From contig CAZVEX010000004.1 in NCBI GenBank assembly GCA_964625535.1, positions 38,166 through 102,165 on the forward strand: a stretch of 64,000 bases of DNA. The letters run 5' to 3'. Of the stretch, positions 1 through 9,723 are shown piece by piece (the first letter of the stretch is position 1; each line of letters begins with the position of its first letter). The notes under the pieces were generated by a model, which saw only the letters and a program-made list of their open reading frames with translations, was not told where the DNA came from and did not search any database. The position numbers and the translations under genes were made by a program. The DNA comes from an uncultured Gammaproteobacteria bacterium (lineage in GTDB: Bacteria; Patescibacteriota; Microgenomatia; Daviesbacterales; UBA10151).

Positions 1-880
1 CCCGATCCAGAAAAATCTGTTCGCTCTTTTTGGAAACCTTGCCAAATCCGATTGACTGAATTTGTTCTACCGCCTTCCTAGCTTCAATCAGAAAACCGGT
101 GGTGAAATATTCAAGCCAGGCGGTAAAATCCATTGTTTTTTGATACTCTTTTCCTTGAGCTTTGTTTTCAGCATTGTAATAGGACATTCGATCGCGATTA
201 TAATAATCCTCCAGGACCAAAATTTTCCTGAAATCCCAGCCGTCCCGGTATAGCTGAAGCTGGGTTAAGAGCCTGGCCACCCGGCCGTTGCCGTCGGTAA
301 AAGGGTGGATGGTTACAAACTGCAAGTGCAAAACGGCGGCCCTGATGATAGGATGAGTTCCGTCTTTTTTGGATTGTTTTAGCCAATTTAGCAAATCTCC
401 AATAAGTTTCTGTACAGAGGAGGCAGGGGGAGCCTTAAATCTAAGCGTTTCCCGTCCGTCTCCCAAATCATCCAGCACATAAACATCCGACGGCCTAAAT
501 TTGGCGGTTTTTTCCTTTTCCACCAGACCTTCAATGACTATTTTGTGAAGCCTTAAAATTTCATCCGGACTGATATCTTTTTTTGTTTTAGCCATATCTT
601 CCAAAGTTTTTAAGGCTGAATAATAGTTTTCCACTTCCAGAATGTCTTTTTGCGGGGCTCTGACGGATTTTCCTTCTAAAACTTTTCCCACCTCATACTG
701 GGCCAGTTTGTTACCCTCAATTGAGGTGGAAGTGTGAGCCATGCGCAAAATAGCCTGGCGGCGAAGCTGGGCTTCATTAAGAGGAAGCACCCGGGAGCGC
801 TCCACCACAGCCTTGATTTCCGCAATCTCGGTCACGTTGGAAAGGGTTTTGGGGCTGATTTGGTATCTTGGTTCAAACAT
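1..880 (-). CDS. Fic family protein (AMPylase), 3' end runs off the window
   Basis: Not in the ORF track. Manual translation from the ATG at 880: MFEPRYQISPK...AHTSTSIEGNKL...IHPFTDGNGRVARLL. Canonical Fic motif HPFxDGNGRxxR plus the N-terminal inhibitory (S/T)xxxE(G/N) helix. Confidence 0.93.
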   Translation of the reverse strand, partial: MFEPRYQISPKTLSNVTEIAEIKAVVERSRVLPLNEAQLRRQAILRMAHTSTSIEGNKLAQYEVGKVLEGKSVRAPQKDILEVENYYSALKTLEDMAKTKKDISPDEILRLHKIVIEGLVEKEKTAKFRPSDVYVLDDLGDGRETLRFKAPPASSVQKLIGDLLNWLKQSKKDGTHPIIRAAVLHLQFVTIHPFTDGNGRVARLLTQLQLYRDGWDFRKILVLEDYYNRDRMSYYNAENKAQGKEYQKTMDFTAWLEYFTTGFLIEARKAVEQIQSIGFGKVSKKSEQIFLDR

Positions 881-937
881 ATTAGTATGTTAATATTATA
901 CCATAAGGTCGCGCAATAATCGCGCAAAATATCGCGC

Positions 938-1630
938 ATGAACGGTAAAATCATTGATAAAAAAGAAGTGGCAACGGGGACACTGCAAGTGACTTTTGCA
1001 ACTTCCGAGCCATTTACTTTTAAAGCCGGCCAATATATTTTTATTACTTTAATCAATCCGCCATTTGCTGATGACAGAGGAAGTCGCAGGCATTTTTCCA
1101 TTGTTAATTCTCCAGACGAGAAAGGCATTATCACTATTACCACCAGACTGCGGGATTCGGGCTTTAAAAAATCCCTGAAAGAGCTACCTGTGGGAGCACA
1201 AGTAGAGTTTGGTCCAATTTCCGGATCATTTGTGCTGCCGGATGATACGGCAAAACCTCTGATTTTTATTGCCGGAGGCATTGGCATCACTCCCTACATG
1301 AGCATGTTAAGGTATGCTGCAGAAAGAGAACTACCATACAAAATGACTCTTTTATATTCAAACAGAGATCAAGAATCCAGCGCTTATCTGCAAGATCTAA
1401 AAAATATTCCTAACCTTAAATTAATTCTCACTATGACTGAAGATCCGGCTTGGACCGGGGAGAAAAGAAGAATTGATGCGGGATTTATCAAAGAATACTT
1501 TCCAAGTTTAAATGAAAATCTTTATTTTGTAGTTGGCCCTCCTCCCATGGTGGAAGCTGTGCAAAAAGCTCTGCTTCAAGCAGGAGTTGACATCGGCAAT
1601 ATTAACATTGAGAATTTCACAGGATACTAA
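938..1630 (+). CDS. FAD/NAD(P)-binding oxidoreductase, ferredoxin-NADP reductase-like
   Basis: FKAGQY, RxFSI, IAGGIGITP and GPPPMV motifs; ends ENFTGY. Confidence 0.9.
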   Translation: MNGKIIDKKEVATGTLQVTFATSEPFTFKAGQYIFITLINPPFADDRGSRRHFSIVNSPDEKGIITITTRLRDSGFKKSLKELPVGAQVEFGPISGSFVLPDDTAKPLIFIAGGIGITPYMSMLRYAAERELPYKMTLLYSNRDQESSAYLQDLKNIPNLKLILTMTEDPAWTGEKRRIDAGFIKEYFPSLNENLYFVVGPPPMVEAVQKALLQAGVDIGNINIENFTGY

Positions 1631-1633
1631 ATT

Positions 1634-3286
1634 ATGTGGACAAAAATTCTGCTCCTAATCTTTGTCTTTTCCTTTCTATTCAGGACGGATTTATCTTTTG
1701 ACCAGGATTTAGGCAGGCACTTGAAAGTGGGGGAAATCATTCTGCAAGAAGGATCAATCTTCAAAACCAATCTTTTTTCCTATACCAACCCGGATTTCAA
1801 ATATATCAACACCCACTGGCTGTTTGGGGTGGTGGCTTACTGGTTCTCTCAAACCGCTGGACTTCAGTCCCTGCTAATCCTCAAAGTTTTGATCATTCTG
1901 TTGTCTGTCTGGCTGGTCTTGAAAACAGTCCCCAGGGAAAAAACTGTTTTTCTTTTGCCTTTGGGATTTATATTTTTACATGTTTTGCGGGAACGTCTGG
2001 AATTTCGGCCGGAAATTTTCAGTTTTTTATTTACTGCTCTAACATTATATATACTTGAGTCCCGGCGTCTGATCTTACTTTTTTTACTGCCCCTCATACA
2101 ACTTCTGTGGATTAATACCCACATTTACTTTTTTGTTGGTCTGTTTTTACAGGCTGTGTATTTAGTCAGCTTGAGAAAAAAGATTTTGGGAGTTATTTTG
2201 GCTTTATCTATTTTAGTTAGCTTCTTAAATCCTCATGGTTTGGCAGGTTTGCTTTATCCGTTAAACGTTACCAAAAACTATGGCTACAGCATTGTGGAAA
2301 ACCAGACCATGTTTTTATTGGAAAGCATTAATTTTCAGGACAGAAATTTCCTGTTTGTGAAATTATCAATTGGTCTGGCCGGCTTAATACTTTTGGTCAG
2401 CTTCTTAAGAAAAAGGTTTGAGCTGAAAAACATCCTGCTTATCTTAACGGGGGTGAGCCTGGCCCTGTTAAATGTCCGCAGCTTTCCCTACCTGGTCTTT
2501 CTAACCCTTCCCGCCACTTTACAAATACTTGGGACTATTAAACCTAATAAGGCCATTACTTATTTGTCCTTGCTCTTTGCCTTTTTGATAGCTTTGGAGA
2601 GCTTTTTTTATTTAAACGGCAGCTATTATAAATATACCGACTCAAGCTACCGGCCGGGCTTAAAACTGGTAGAAAGCGGCAAGGGAGCAGTGGATTTTGC
2701 CCTGGACCGTGACCTGCCCCAGCCTTTCTATAATAATTTTGACATTGGCAGTTATTTAATTTACCGGGGTTTTCCGGTTTACAAAGTCTTTGTGGATGGC
2801 AGGCCCGAAGCCTATCCCCAAAAGTTTTTTCAGCAGGTCTACATTCCCACTCAATCCGACTTTTCCAAATTCAAGGAGCTGGAACAAAATTTGCGGCTTG
2901 AAACAATTATCTTTTCCCATACCGATCAAACTCCCTGGGGCAGAAGTTTTTTGCGCTCGCTTTCCCAGGACCCAACCTGGAAGCCGGCTTACATTGATGA
3001 TTATATGGTGGTTTACGTTAAGGAGAGCGTCCTGGAAGACAAAAGAATCTATGAAATCCCGCCAGAAAAAATTACCCCGGAATCTTTCCAGTTTGAAAAT
3101 CACTTGTCATATATCAGAATGGGGATGTTTTTACTAAATACGGGGCAGGCGGAAAACGGCAGAAAATTTCTGGAAAAAGCTCTGGAAGTTTTTCCCGACT
3201 CGCCAACCGCCAATTTGCTAATGGCTCAAATCGCCCCTTTCAATCCAAAATATGCCCAAAAATCCAAAAACCTAATTTTCTGGTAA
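1634..3286 (+). CDS. Polytopic membrane protein, probably GT-C glycosyltransferase-like, with a C-terminal TPR-like repeat
   Basis: About 10 hydrophobic segments; DLGRHLKVG, RPE, W.N.H and FVDGR motifs; TPR-like LEKALEVFPDSP. Confidence 0.55.
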   Translation: MWTKILLLIFVFSFLFRTDLSFDQDLGRHLKVGEIILQEGSIFKTNLFSYTNPDFKYINTHWLFGVVAYWFSQTAGLQSLLILKVLIILLSVWLVLKTVPREKTVFLLPLGFIFLHVLRERLEFRPEIFSFLFTALTLYILESRRLILLFLLPLIQLLWINTHIYFFVGLFLQAVYLVSLRKKILGVILALSILVSFLNPHGLAGLLYPLNVTKNYGYSIVENQTMFLLESINFQDRNFLFVKLSIGLAGLILLVSFLRKRFELKNILLILTGVSLALLNVRSFPYLVFLTLPATLQILGTIKPNKAITYLSLLFAFLIALESFFYLNGSYYKYTDSSYRPGLKLVESGKGAVDFALDRDLPQPFYNNFDIGSYLIYRGFPVYKVFVDGRPEAYPQKFFQQVYIPTQSDFSKFKELEQNLRLETIIFSHTDQTPWGRSFLRSLSQDPTWKPAYIDDYMVVYVKESVLEDKRIYEIPPEKITPESFQFENHLSYIRMGMFLLNTGQAENGRKFLEKALEVFPDSPTANLLMAQIAPFNPKYAQKSKNLIFW

Positions 3287-3334
3287 CCCTATAGCTATTG
3301 ACAAAGCAGAAAAAGGTGCTAATATGTCTGAATT

Positions 3335-3985
3335 ATGCTGGAAGTTTTCAAACTATTAGAGGAACAGGTCATCGTTACTGTCAGGGCGCGGCAAGATGCA
3401 GGCGCATCTATGCTTAATAAAGCAGGGGAGGCATTATCCAGTGGAGATTTAACTTTAGCTGATATTATGAGATTTTCTTTTGGCAGATCTCAATTAAGGG
3501 TAGATCGCGCCAGGGAATTACTGGATACTCTACGAGAGCGTCAAATATCAATAGCGTCAGCTTTTGAGGATCATGAGGTGCCTCTTCCTGCACAAACTTT
3601 TTACAATCAGGATGCTATTCAATCTTACTCGACAGCGGAATATGATCGATTGCGCACGGCAGCAGAACGAGAGTTGGATGCTGAAGTTTCTGCCGTTTCA
3701 AGAATTGCGAAAGCGCTTGGTAATCCAAGTGCTTTTGTTACACCAGAAGGCCAAACAGATGAAGGATTTAATGCACAACTAGTTGATGATTTACCTTCAC
3801 TCGGAGCAACTATAACAAATATACTAACCAACACAGCAGGTATCAAAAATGTTGGGGAACTTTTTGCTAAAACGCAAGCTGAATTATTAGCTGTAAGTGG
3901 AATCAGCAGGCTAAGATTTATGAGTATACTTTTTAATTTGCATGACGAAGGCTTTGTTTCGCTAGAGCATCCAGAAACAGCCTAA
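3335..3985 (+). CDS. Hypothetical protein with a C-terminal RNA polymerase alpha-CTD-like HhH domain
   Basis: LVDDL...ITNILTNTAGIKNVGELFAKTQAELLAVSGIS resembles the alpha-CTD pattern; TTGACA..TAATAT promoter upstream. Confidence 0.6.
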   Translation: MLEVFKLLEEQVIVTVRARQDAGASMLNKAGEALSSGDLTLADIMRFSFGRSQLRVDRARELLDTLRERQISIASAFEDHEVPLPAQTFYNQDAIQSYSTAEYDRLRTAAERELDAEVSAVSRIAKALGNPSAFVTPEGQTDEGFNAQLVDDLPSLGATITNILTNTAGIKNVGELFAKTQAELLAVSGISRLRFMSILFNLHDEGFVSLEHPETA

Positions 3986-4923
3986 GAACGACCTGCATTG
4001 ATGATTCTTCTTGATTTCAGGAAAAAGTAGCCTACAATCAGGGCTGTGGAGACAGGGGAAAACCAGCTGGGGATATGAAAGCCAAAAGAACCCAGCAGCA
4101 TAATCGATCCTAAAACCAAGATTGAATACATAGCTCCGTTTTTTAAAAAAGCATATTTTTTAATTCTGTCTATGTTGGAAACCGTTAGCTGCCTGACTAT
4201 AATAGCTCCAATGCCGTTTCCCAGCAAAATCAAGGGGACGGATAGAGTAAAGGCAAAGGCTCCCACTACTCCGTCAATGGAAAACGTTCCATCCAGCACT
4301 TCCAGATAAAAAATTTTACTGACATCCGATTGAGAAATCAGCTTTTGACCGTCTGTTTGATGCAGCAACCGCTCCTCCATTTTGGCGGCATTTTCCTTAA
4401 ATCCGTGGACGATAAAAAAAGCTGTTGAGCCAACTACCGCCCCGAAAGCCATAAGGGGATTTTGTTGCAGGGCAAACCAGACCACTACACTTAAAATTAT
4501 GGACACCACGGCATAAAACCACACTCCTTGTCTTTGAAAAAAGGGCTCACCCCGCAACCCAAATTTTTTTGGTTCCAGAAAAAGCCAGTGAAAAAAGATA
4601 AAAACCATAAAGATCCCACCTCCTGATAGTAAAATGGGAGATGAGTTTTCTATGGCCTCGACTACCTTTGGGTCAGAGCTCAAAGCGGCAGTCAAAGCAC
4701 CCATCGGACCAAGACCGGGATTGATGGCCCACACCAACAGCCAGGGCAGCGCCCCCCGAATTAAAAAGACGGCAATGATAATCCCCCAGAGCAAAAACCA
4801 TTTCCTGGCTTGTTTACCCATAGTGGATAGCACATCGGCATTGATAATGGCATTATCAATTGAGGTGATTGTTTCAAAAAGTATCAGTCCTGCCACAATC
4901 AAGATGATTGATAAAAGATCCAT
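3982..4923 (-). CDS. DUF475/TerC-like membrane protein
   Basis: FETITSIDNAIINA and LEVLDGTFSIDGVVGAFA TerC-type motifs; multiple TM helices. Confidence 0.85.
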   Translation of the reverse strand: MDLLSIILIVAGLILFETITSIDNAIINADVLSTMGKQARKWFLLWGIIIAVFLIRGALPWLLVWAINPGLGPMGALTAALSSDPKVVEAIENSSPILLSGGGIFMVFIFFHWLFLEPKKFGLRGEPFFQRQGVWFYAVVSIILSVVVWFALQQNPLMAFGAVVGSTAFFIVHGFKENAAKMEERLLHQTDGQKLISQSDVSKIFYLEVLDGTFSIDGVVGAFAFTLSVPLILLGNGIGAIIVRQLTVSNIDRIKKYAFLKNGAMYSILVLGSIMLLGSFGFHIPSWFSPVSTALIVGYFFLKSRRIINAGRS

Positions 4924-4948
4924 GAAAGCATTATACTAAAACTTTCAT

Positions 4949-6217
4949 ATGGTCAAAACAGGCAAATTTTTTTCCCTGAAAAAAATACTGATTTTTTTGC
5001 TGATTTTTTTAGCCGGCGCTGCCTTGTACTTAAAGACTTCATCAACAAAACAGGTCAGCTTTTATCGGGCTTTTGTATCCGAGTCGTTTGACAAAATTAA
5101 AGAAAACTACTGGGATAATCTCTCCGACGAACAGATTCTTGATCTTTTTAAACTTTCTATTGAAAAAGCAACAGGCTCGTCTCAACAAGCAAAGATAAAC
5201 TCCAAGGAAGAACTATTGAGCGTATTTATTAAGCTGCAAAATAATTTAAATGAGGAGCAGAAAAAACAACTGTCCGTAAATGTGGTTTCTGCAGTTTTAG
5301 CCAACTTAAATCCTCCGGGTAGAAGCGGTCTTTTTACCCAAAAACAGGAAGAACAACTTAAAAATACCGTGGAAAATATCAATCCGGAAAAAGATTTGTA
5401 CAAGGATTTGGGGCTTTCTAAAGGGGCATCTCCGGCAGCAATTGAGCAGGCATTTCAAAAAAAGTCCGAGGATCTAAAAAAGGAAACCTCCCCGGAGGCC
5501 AAACAAAAACTGGAGCAAATTGCTTACGCCAGGGATGTGTTGGGCAAGAACGAGCAAAAACAAAGATATGATGAAAAAGGGGTGGAGCCAGCTGTTTTTA
5601 TCAAACTGGCAGCCCCTCAAATTTTATATCTGCAGTTTAAAAAATTCACCCCCACCTCGCTGGATGAGTTTCAAAAAGCTCTGGAAGCTTACCAAGATAA
5701 CTCCGCTTTGCAGGCTTTAATTTTTGATTTGCGGGGCAATGTAGGCGGAGCCATTGATGCCACGGCCTATTTTTTGGGATATTTTTTAGGCAAAGGTCAG
5801 TATGCTTTTGATTTTTACAAAAAAGGGGAGTATTTGCCTTTTAAAACCCAGACAGATAAATTACCAGCAATAAATAAATTTAAACAGATGGTAATATTGG
5901 TGGACAAAGAAACTCAATCCTCAGCTGAAATGATGGCCGCTTCTTTGAAAAAATACCATACGGGAGTGGTGGTAGGGACCGCCACCAAAGGATGGGGGAC
6001 AGTGGAGCGGGTCTTTCCCCTGCAGGCCCAAATTGATCCGAAAGAAAAATATTCAGTCTTTTTAGTTCACTCCATCACTTTGCGGGATGATAATTTGCCT
6101 ATTGAAGGTCGCGGTGTGGAACCGGATATCAATATAAATTCACCTGATTGGCAAAACCAACTTTTTTCCTATTTTAGAAATTCCGAACTGATCTCGGCTG
6201 TGAAACAAGCATACTAA
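4949..6217 (+). CDS. S41 (CtpA-like) peptidase with an N-terminal membrane anchor and an internal J-domain-like module
   Basis: IFDLRGNVGG, TQSSAE (Ser nucleophile), IEGRGVEPD; J-like segment at about residues 148-211. Confidence 0.85.
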   Translation: MVKTGKFFSLKKILIFLLIFLAGAALYLKTSSTKQVSFYRAFVSESFDKIKENYWDNLSDEQILDLFKLSIEKATGSSQQAKINSKEELLSVFIKLQNNLNEEQKKQLSVNVVSAVLANLNPPGRSGLFTQKQEEQLKNTVENINPEKDLYKDLGLSKGASPAAIEQAFQKKSEDLKKETSPEAKQKLEQIAYARDVLGKNEQKQRYDEKGVEPAVFIKLAAPQILYLQFKKFTPTSLDEFQKALEAYQDNSALQALIFDLRGNVGGAIDATAYFLGYFLGKGQYAFDFYKKGEYLPFKTQTDKLPAINKFKQMVILVDKETQSSAEMMAASLKKYHTGVVVGTATKGWGTVERVFPLQAQIDPKEKYSVFLVHSITLRDDNLPIEGRGVEPDININSPDWQNQLFSYFRNSELISAVKQAY

Positions 6218-6723
6218 GCACCAAAGATCAAATCTTCAACATGCTGCCAATCTCGGGGATCCCTGGAGGAGGAAGTGACAACCGTAATTTTATCTGCCTC
6301 AAATACTAAGCCCGGCGGCAACTCCACTTGAGAAGCAATTTTTTCCCGGATTTCCATACCATGATCTCCGTACAAAAGACTGATATGGGGCATAAACAGG
6401 CTATTTTCCATATTAAATATTTGCTTTGAAGCCAGATTTGCTTCCATCAGTTTAGCGCTTGATTTGACTCTGACAAAAACATTCTGAAAATAGGTAGTGG
6501 AAAAAGAAACCTCTCCCAAGACCAGCTGGAAGGCATTTATTCTTGAAGCCAGCGCTTTTGTACCTTCCAGGATTGCCTTTTCACTGGTTTCAATATCTCC
6601 CAGTAAGGTCATGTGAGGCTCAAAAGAGGGCCCGCCGTATGTCTTGCTCAAATCCAAAATAATTTTTTCCAGGATATTTTTAATATCTAAAGGGGGAACA
6701 ATCCATAAAGTATATTTGTTCAC
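6214..6723 (-). CDS. 2H phosphoesterase / cyclic phosphodiesterase-like protein
   Basis: Two HxT/S motifs: FEPHMTL and FMPHISL. Confidence 0.85.
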   Translation of the reverse strand: MNKYTLWIVPPLDIKNILEKIILDLSKTYGGPSFEPHMTLLGDIETSEKAILEGTKALASRINAFQLVLGEVSFSTTYFQNVFVRVKSSAKLMEANLASKQIFNMENSLFMPHISLLYGDHGMEIREKIASQVELPPGLVFEADKITVVTSSSRDPRDWQHVEDLIFGA

Positions 6724-6771
6724 TATTAAATTTTAGCATAATTCTCCAAATTAGAAAAATTGACCTAACAG

Positions 6772-7257
6772 CTAGATTGTAGTAATATGCGCTTTTTTAG
6801 CCTCATCCGCTCGCCATTGGGCATTAATCACGCGCTCACCAACTATCACATCCTGTTTGGAATGAGCAGTAAATGGAAGTTTAGACGTTTCATTAAAAGC
6901 CACCCATGAAAAAGTGCCTTTTTTAAGACGGTTAAATTCTCGGGGATTATTTACTTCAGCATAAAATACATAATTAATTTTATCCCGTACATCATGAAAA
7001 TAATCATAGACCGGATAAATGTCTTTTGTTTTGAGATTTAAGTCTAATAATTCATTTATTATTCGTTGAAAAGCTACTTGAGCTTCTTCCCCCTCACTAC
7101 TCTCCCCTCCAAGAGTAGACCATAAAAAATCCGGGCTGTCTTTTTGTTGGGATTGAACTAAGAGAATCTGGTGAGTTTTTAGGCTGTAAAGAAATCCGCT
7201 GGCATAAAAGGAGGTTTGCACTGTTAGAGTATAGCACATTTTAAAATATGTTACCAT
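6772..7257 (-). CDS. NUDIX-like hydrolase with a degenerate Nudix box; true start probably the GTG near 7221
   Basis: W..LGG...GE....AFQRIINELL; TATACT 6 nt upstream of the GTG. Confidence 0.65.
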   Translation of the reverse strand: MVTYFKMCYTLTVQTSFYASGFLYSLKTHQILLVQSQQKDSPDFLWSTLGGESSEGEEAQVAFQRIINELLDLNLKTKDIYPVYDYFHDVRDKINYVFYAEVNNPREFNRLKKGTFSWVAFNETSKLPFTAHSKQDVIVGERVINAQWRADEAKKAHITTI

Positions 7258-7264
7258 TGCCGGT

Positions 7265-8287
7265 ATGTTAGTTGATGAAGTGGATATTACTATAAAAGCA
7301 GGACACGGGGGTCCCGGGCGTGTTTCTTTCCGCGGTAAAAAGGGTGGGGGGCCTGACGGTGGAAATGGCGGGAAGGGTGGAGACGTATACGCAGAAGTAA
7401 CCTCTGATCTTTATGCATTAAATAAATTTATTTCAAAGAAAGTTTTAGCTGCGCAAAGCGGTGAACCTGGTGGGACTAATGAAAAAACCGGGGCAAACGC
7501 TAATGATTTAATTCTTGTAATACCCGTAGGAACTTTTATTACAGATGAGGAAGGTAAAGAAATAGGGCTTGATGAATTGGGGAAAAAAGTTCTTCTGGCA
7601 AAAGGAGGATTAGGAGGTAAAGGAAATGCTTTTTTTAAATCCCCCTCAAATACTACGCCCAGATATGCTCAACCGGGTCTGCGGGGGGAAGAAAGAAAAT
7701 TAAATTTAAAATTAAAACTAATTGCGGATTTTGGATTGATTGGGCTGCCAAATGCCGGCAAAAGCTCTATTTTAAATGAGCTGACCAATGCCAGTGCCAA
7801 AATTGGAGATTATCCTTTTACTACCTTAGAACCCAATTTAGGGATGCTAAATAATAAAATTATAGCAGATATACCCGGGCTTATTGAGGGAGCTTCAGAA
7901 GGCAAAGGTTTAGGCTATAAATTCCTAAAACATATAGAAAAAGTTAAATTATTATTACATTGTATATCTTCGGAGTCTGATGATCCTGTGAAAGATTATA
8001 AAGTGATTATAGGTGAACTTAAAAAGTATAATCCCAAGCTTTTGGAAAAACAAGAAATTATTCTTTTAACAAAATCTGATCTTCTGGGGAAAAAGAATTT
8101 AGATAAAAAAATAAAGGCCATGAGTAAAACAAAAAAACAAATTATGCCCGTATCCATTCATGACTGGGAGAGTTTACAAAAGTTAATGCTGTACCTTAAC
8201 CGAACCTTGAACATGTGGAGGTTTTATGAATATACTAAAAATAGTGAAGAATCTGCAAAAATTCTTAGTAGCCGTTGTAGGGTGTGA
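7265..8287 (+). CDS. obgE: GTPase ObgE/CgtA
   Basis: Gly-rich Obg fold (GGPDGGNGGKGG), GLPNAGKS, YPFTT, DIPG, TKSD. Confidence 0.97.
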   Translation: MLVDEVDITIKAGHGGPGRVSFRGKKGGGPDGGNGGKGGDVYAEVTSDLYALNKFISKKVLAAQSGEPGGTNEKTGANANDLILVIPVGTFITDEEGKEIGLDELGKKVLLAKGGLGGKGNAFFKSPSNTTPRYAQPGLRGEERKLNLKLKLIADFGLIGLPNAGKSSILNELTNASAKIGDYPFTTLEPNLGMLNNKIIADIPGLIEGASEGKGLGYKFLKHIEKVKLLLHCISSESDDPVKDYKVIIGELKKYNPKLLEKQEIILLTKSDLLGKKNLDKKIKAMSKTKKQIMPVSIHDWESLQKLMLYLNRTLNMWRFYEYTKNSEESAKILSSRCRV

Positions 8288-8717
8288 ACTGGTAGGAATC
8301 GCTGCTACCCCTTTCACTATTGCTGCCATACCAACCTGGTATCAAACCCTTCAAAAACCTCCCTTTTCTCCACCTAACTGGGCCTTTGGCCCTGCCTGGA
8401 CCATCCTGTATTTTTTAATGGGAGTGGCAGCTTATCTTGTCTGGATAAAGGGGTTGGAGAAGAAAGTAGTTAAAAATGCTCTAGCTTTCTTTATAGCCCA
8501 ACTGGTATTTAATTTTTTCTGGTCAATACTCTTTTTTGGGCTTCATTCTCCAATATTGGGACTAATAGATATACTGATCCTTTGGACCTTGATTGTAATT
8601 ACCATTATCAAATTCTATAAAGTATCTAAAACCGCTTCATATCTTTTAATCCCTTATCTTCTCTGGGTCAGCTTTGCCACCATTCTGAATTTATCTATTG
8701 TACTGCTCAATCCCTGA
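8226..8717 (+). CDS. tspO: TspO/MBR tryptophan-rich sensory protein
   Basis: WYQTLQKPPFSPPNWAFGPAWT and LIPYLLWVSFA. Confidence 0.95.
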   Translation: MNILKIVKNLQKFLVAVVGCELVGIAATPFTIAAIPTWYQTLQKPPFSPPNWAFGPAWTILYFLMGVAAYLVWIKGLEKKVVKNALAFFIAQLVFNFFWSILFFGLHSPILGLIDILILWTLIVITIIKFYKVSKTASYLLIPYLLWVSFATILNLSIVLLNP

Positions 8718-8947
8718 TGGTTAAAAAATTACTAGAAAATTGCGGGAAAATTACCTCTCTCAAAAAAAATTGAGAAGCCATCGATGCATAAAAACTTTAG
8801 CTTCAAAAGTTAGGGGAAAGTTATGGAGGAACTGGTTGATCGCAACGGGAAAAGGAGATGGGATAAGAGGTTATCGCCAGTACTAAAAATATTATTATTA
8901 AAAAAGCTAAGAAAATATTTTCATGACTATTTAATTTTACTTGATTT

Positions 8948-9706
8948 TTGGCTAAGATGGTATTGATGGAACGGTTATCAAGAAGAACGCTTTTTAAATT
9001 AACAGCTGCAGGTACTATTTTAGGGGTAACTCTTCCTCACATTGCCCGTAACTATCTGGCTTTAGCATCAGTTGATGGTCAAATAGGCAGTTCCCCTAAA
9101 GAAGCTGACTTTGATGTGATAGCTACTTTAGGTGCAGGTAGTGCCAGGAAAAATAATAAAGTTGAAGCTGAACCTGATTTTGTGGGTAAAATGAGAGCAA
9201 TAGCGGCCGCAGAAGCATATAGACAAGGACTAGCTCCAAATCTGGTCTTTTTGGGAGGTAGGGTAGATCCTTTGTCTCCTTCTGCCGCAGAAGTGATGCA
9301 AACTTTCCTAAGAAGAAAATACCTGGTGGCAGAGGGAGCTTTTAGTCAAATACCCCCACCAGCGATAATTGTAGAGGAACGATCCCAACACACAGACACC
9401 AATATAATAGAGCTAGCCAGCTTGGCCAGAGAATATGAGTGGAGAAAAATTTTGCTTTTGACCAGCAGATATCACATGAGGGCTGCCTTGTATTTGGCAG
9501 AAAGTTTTGGTTTGAAGGTAACTCCTTTGCTGGCAGAAGATGTGTTATTGAGCAGAGACGGCCGTTTTGAACCAGTGATAGCCAGATTTAGCCATTCAGA
9601 GGAGTTGCAGGCCAGAAAAAGAAAAGAAATGCTGCGTCTAGCTTATTTAATGTTTGATCGCCAGGCAATTTTCCGCAGATTTTTGGCCCAGTATTTAGGG
9701 GTATGA
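8948..9706 (+). CDS. YdcF/DUF218 family protein with a twin-arginine-like N-terminus
   Basis: SRRTLFK followed by a TM helix; LGAG, LGG, EERSQHTDTN and LLTSRYHM motifs. Confidence 0.75.
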   Translation: MAKMVLMERLSRRTLFKLTAAGTILGVTLPHIARNYLALASVDGQIGSSPKEADFDVIATLGAGSARKNNKVEAEPDFVGKMRAIAAAEAYRQGLAPNLVFLGGRVDPLSPSAAEVMQTFLRRKYLVAEGAFSQIPPPAIIVEERSQHTDTNIIELASLAREYEWRKILLLTSRYHMRAALYLAESFGLKVTPLLAEDVLLSRDGRFEPVIARFSHSEELQARKRKEMLRLAYLMFDRQAIFRRFLAQYLGV

Positions 9707-9723
9707 TATAATCGGCTCAAATT

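Noticed and set aside
62-919. Short track ORFs at 62..253, 198..386 and 734..919
   Set aside because: They are shadow frames of the Fic gene on the minus strand (880 to <1), which the track missed because it has no stop inside the window.
8226-8287. 62-nt overlap between obgE and tspO as a programmed event
   Set aside because: More simply a non-conserved C-terminal run-on of ObgE after loss of a nearer stop; both proteins look complete.
8718-8947. Possible pseudogene remnant after tspO
   Set aside because: Only short broken frames with no recognisable motif.
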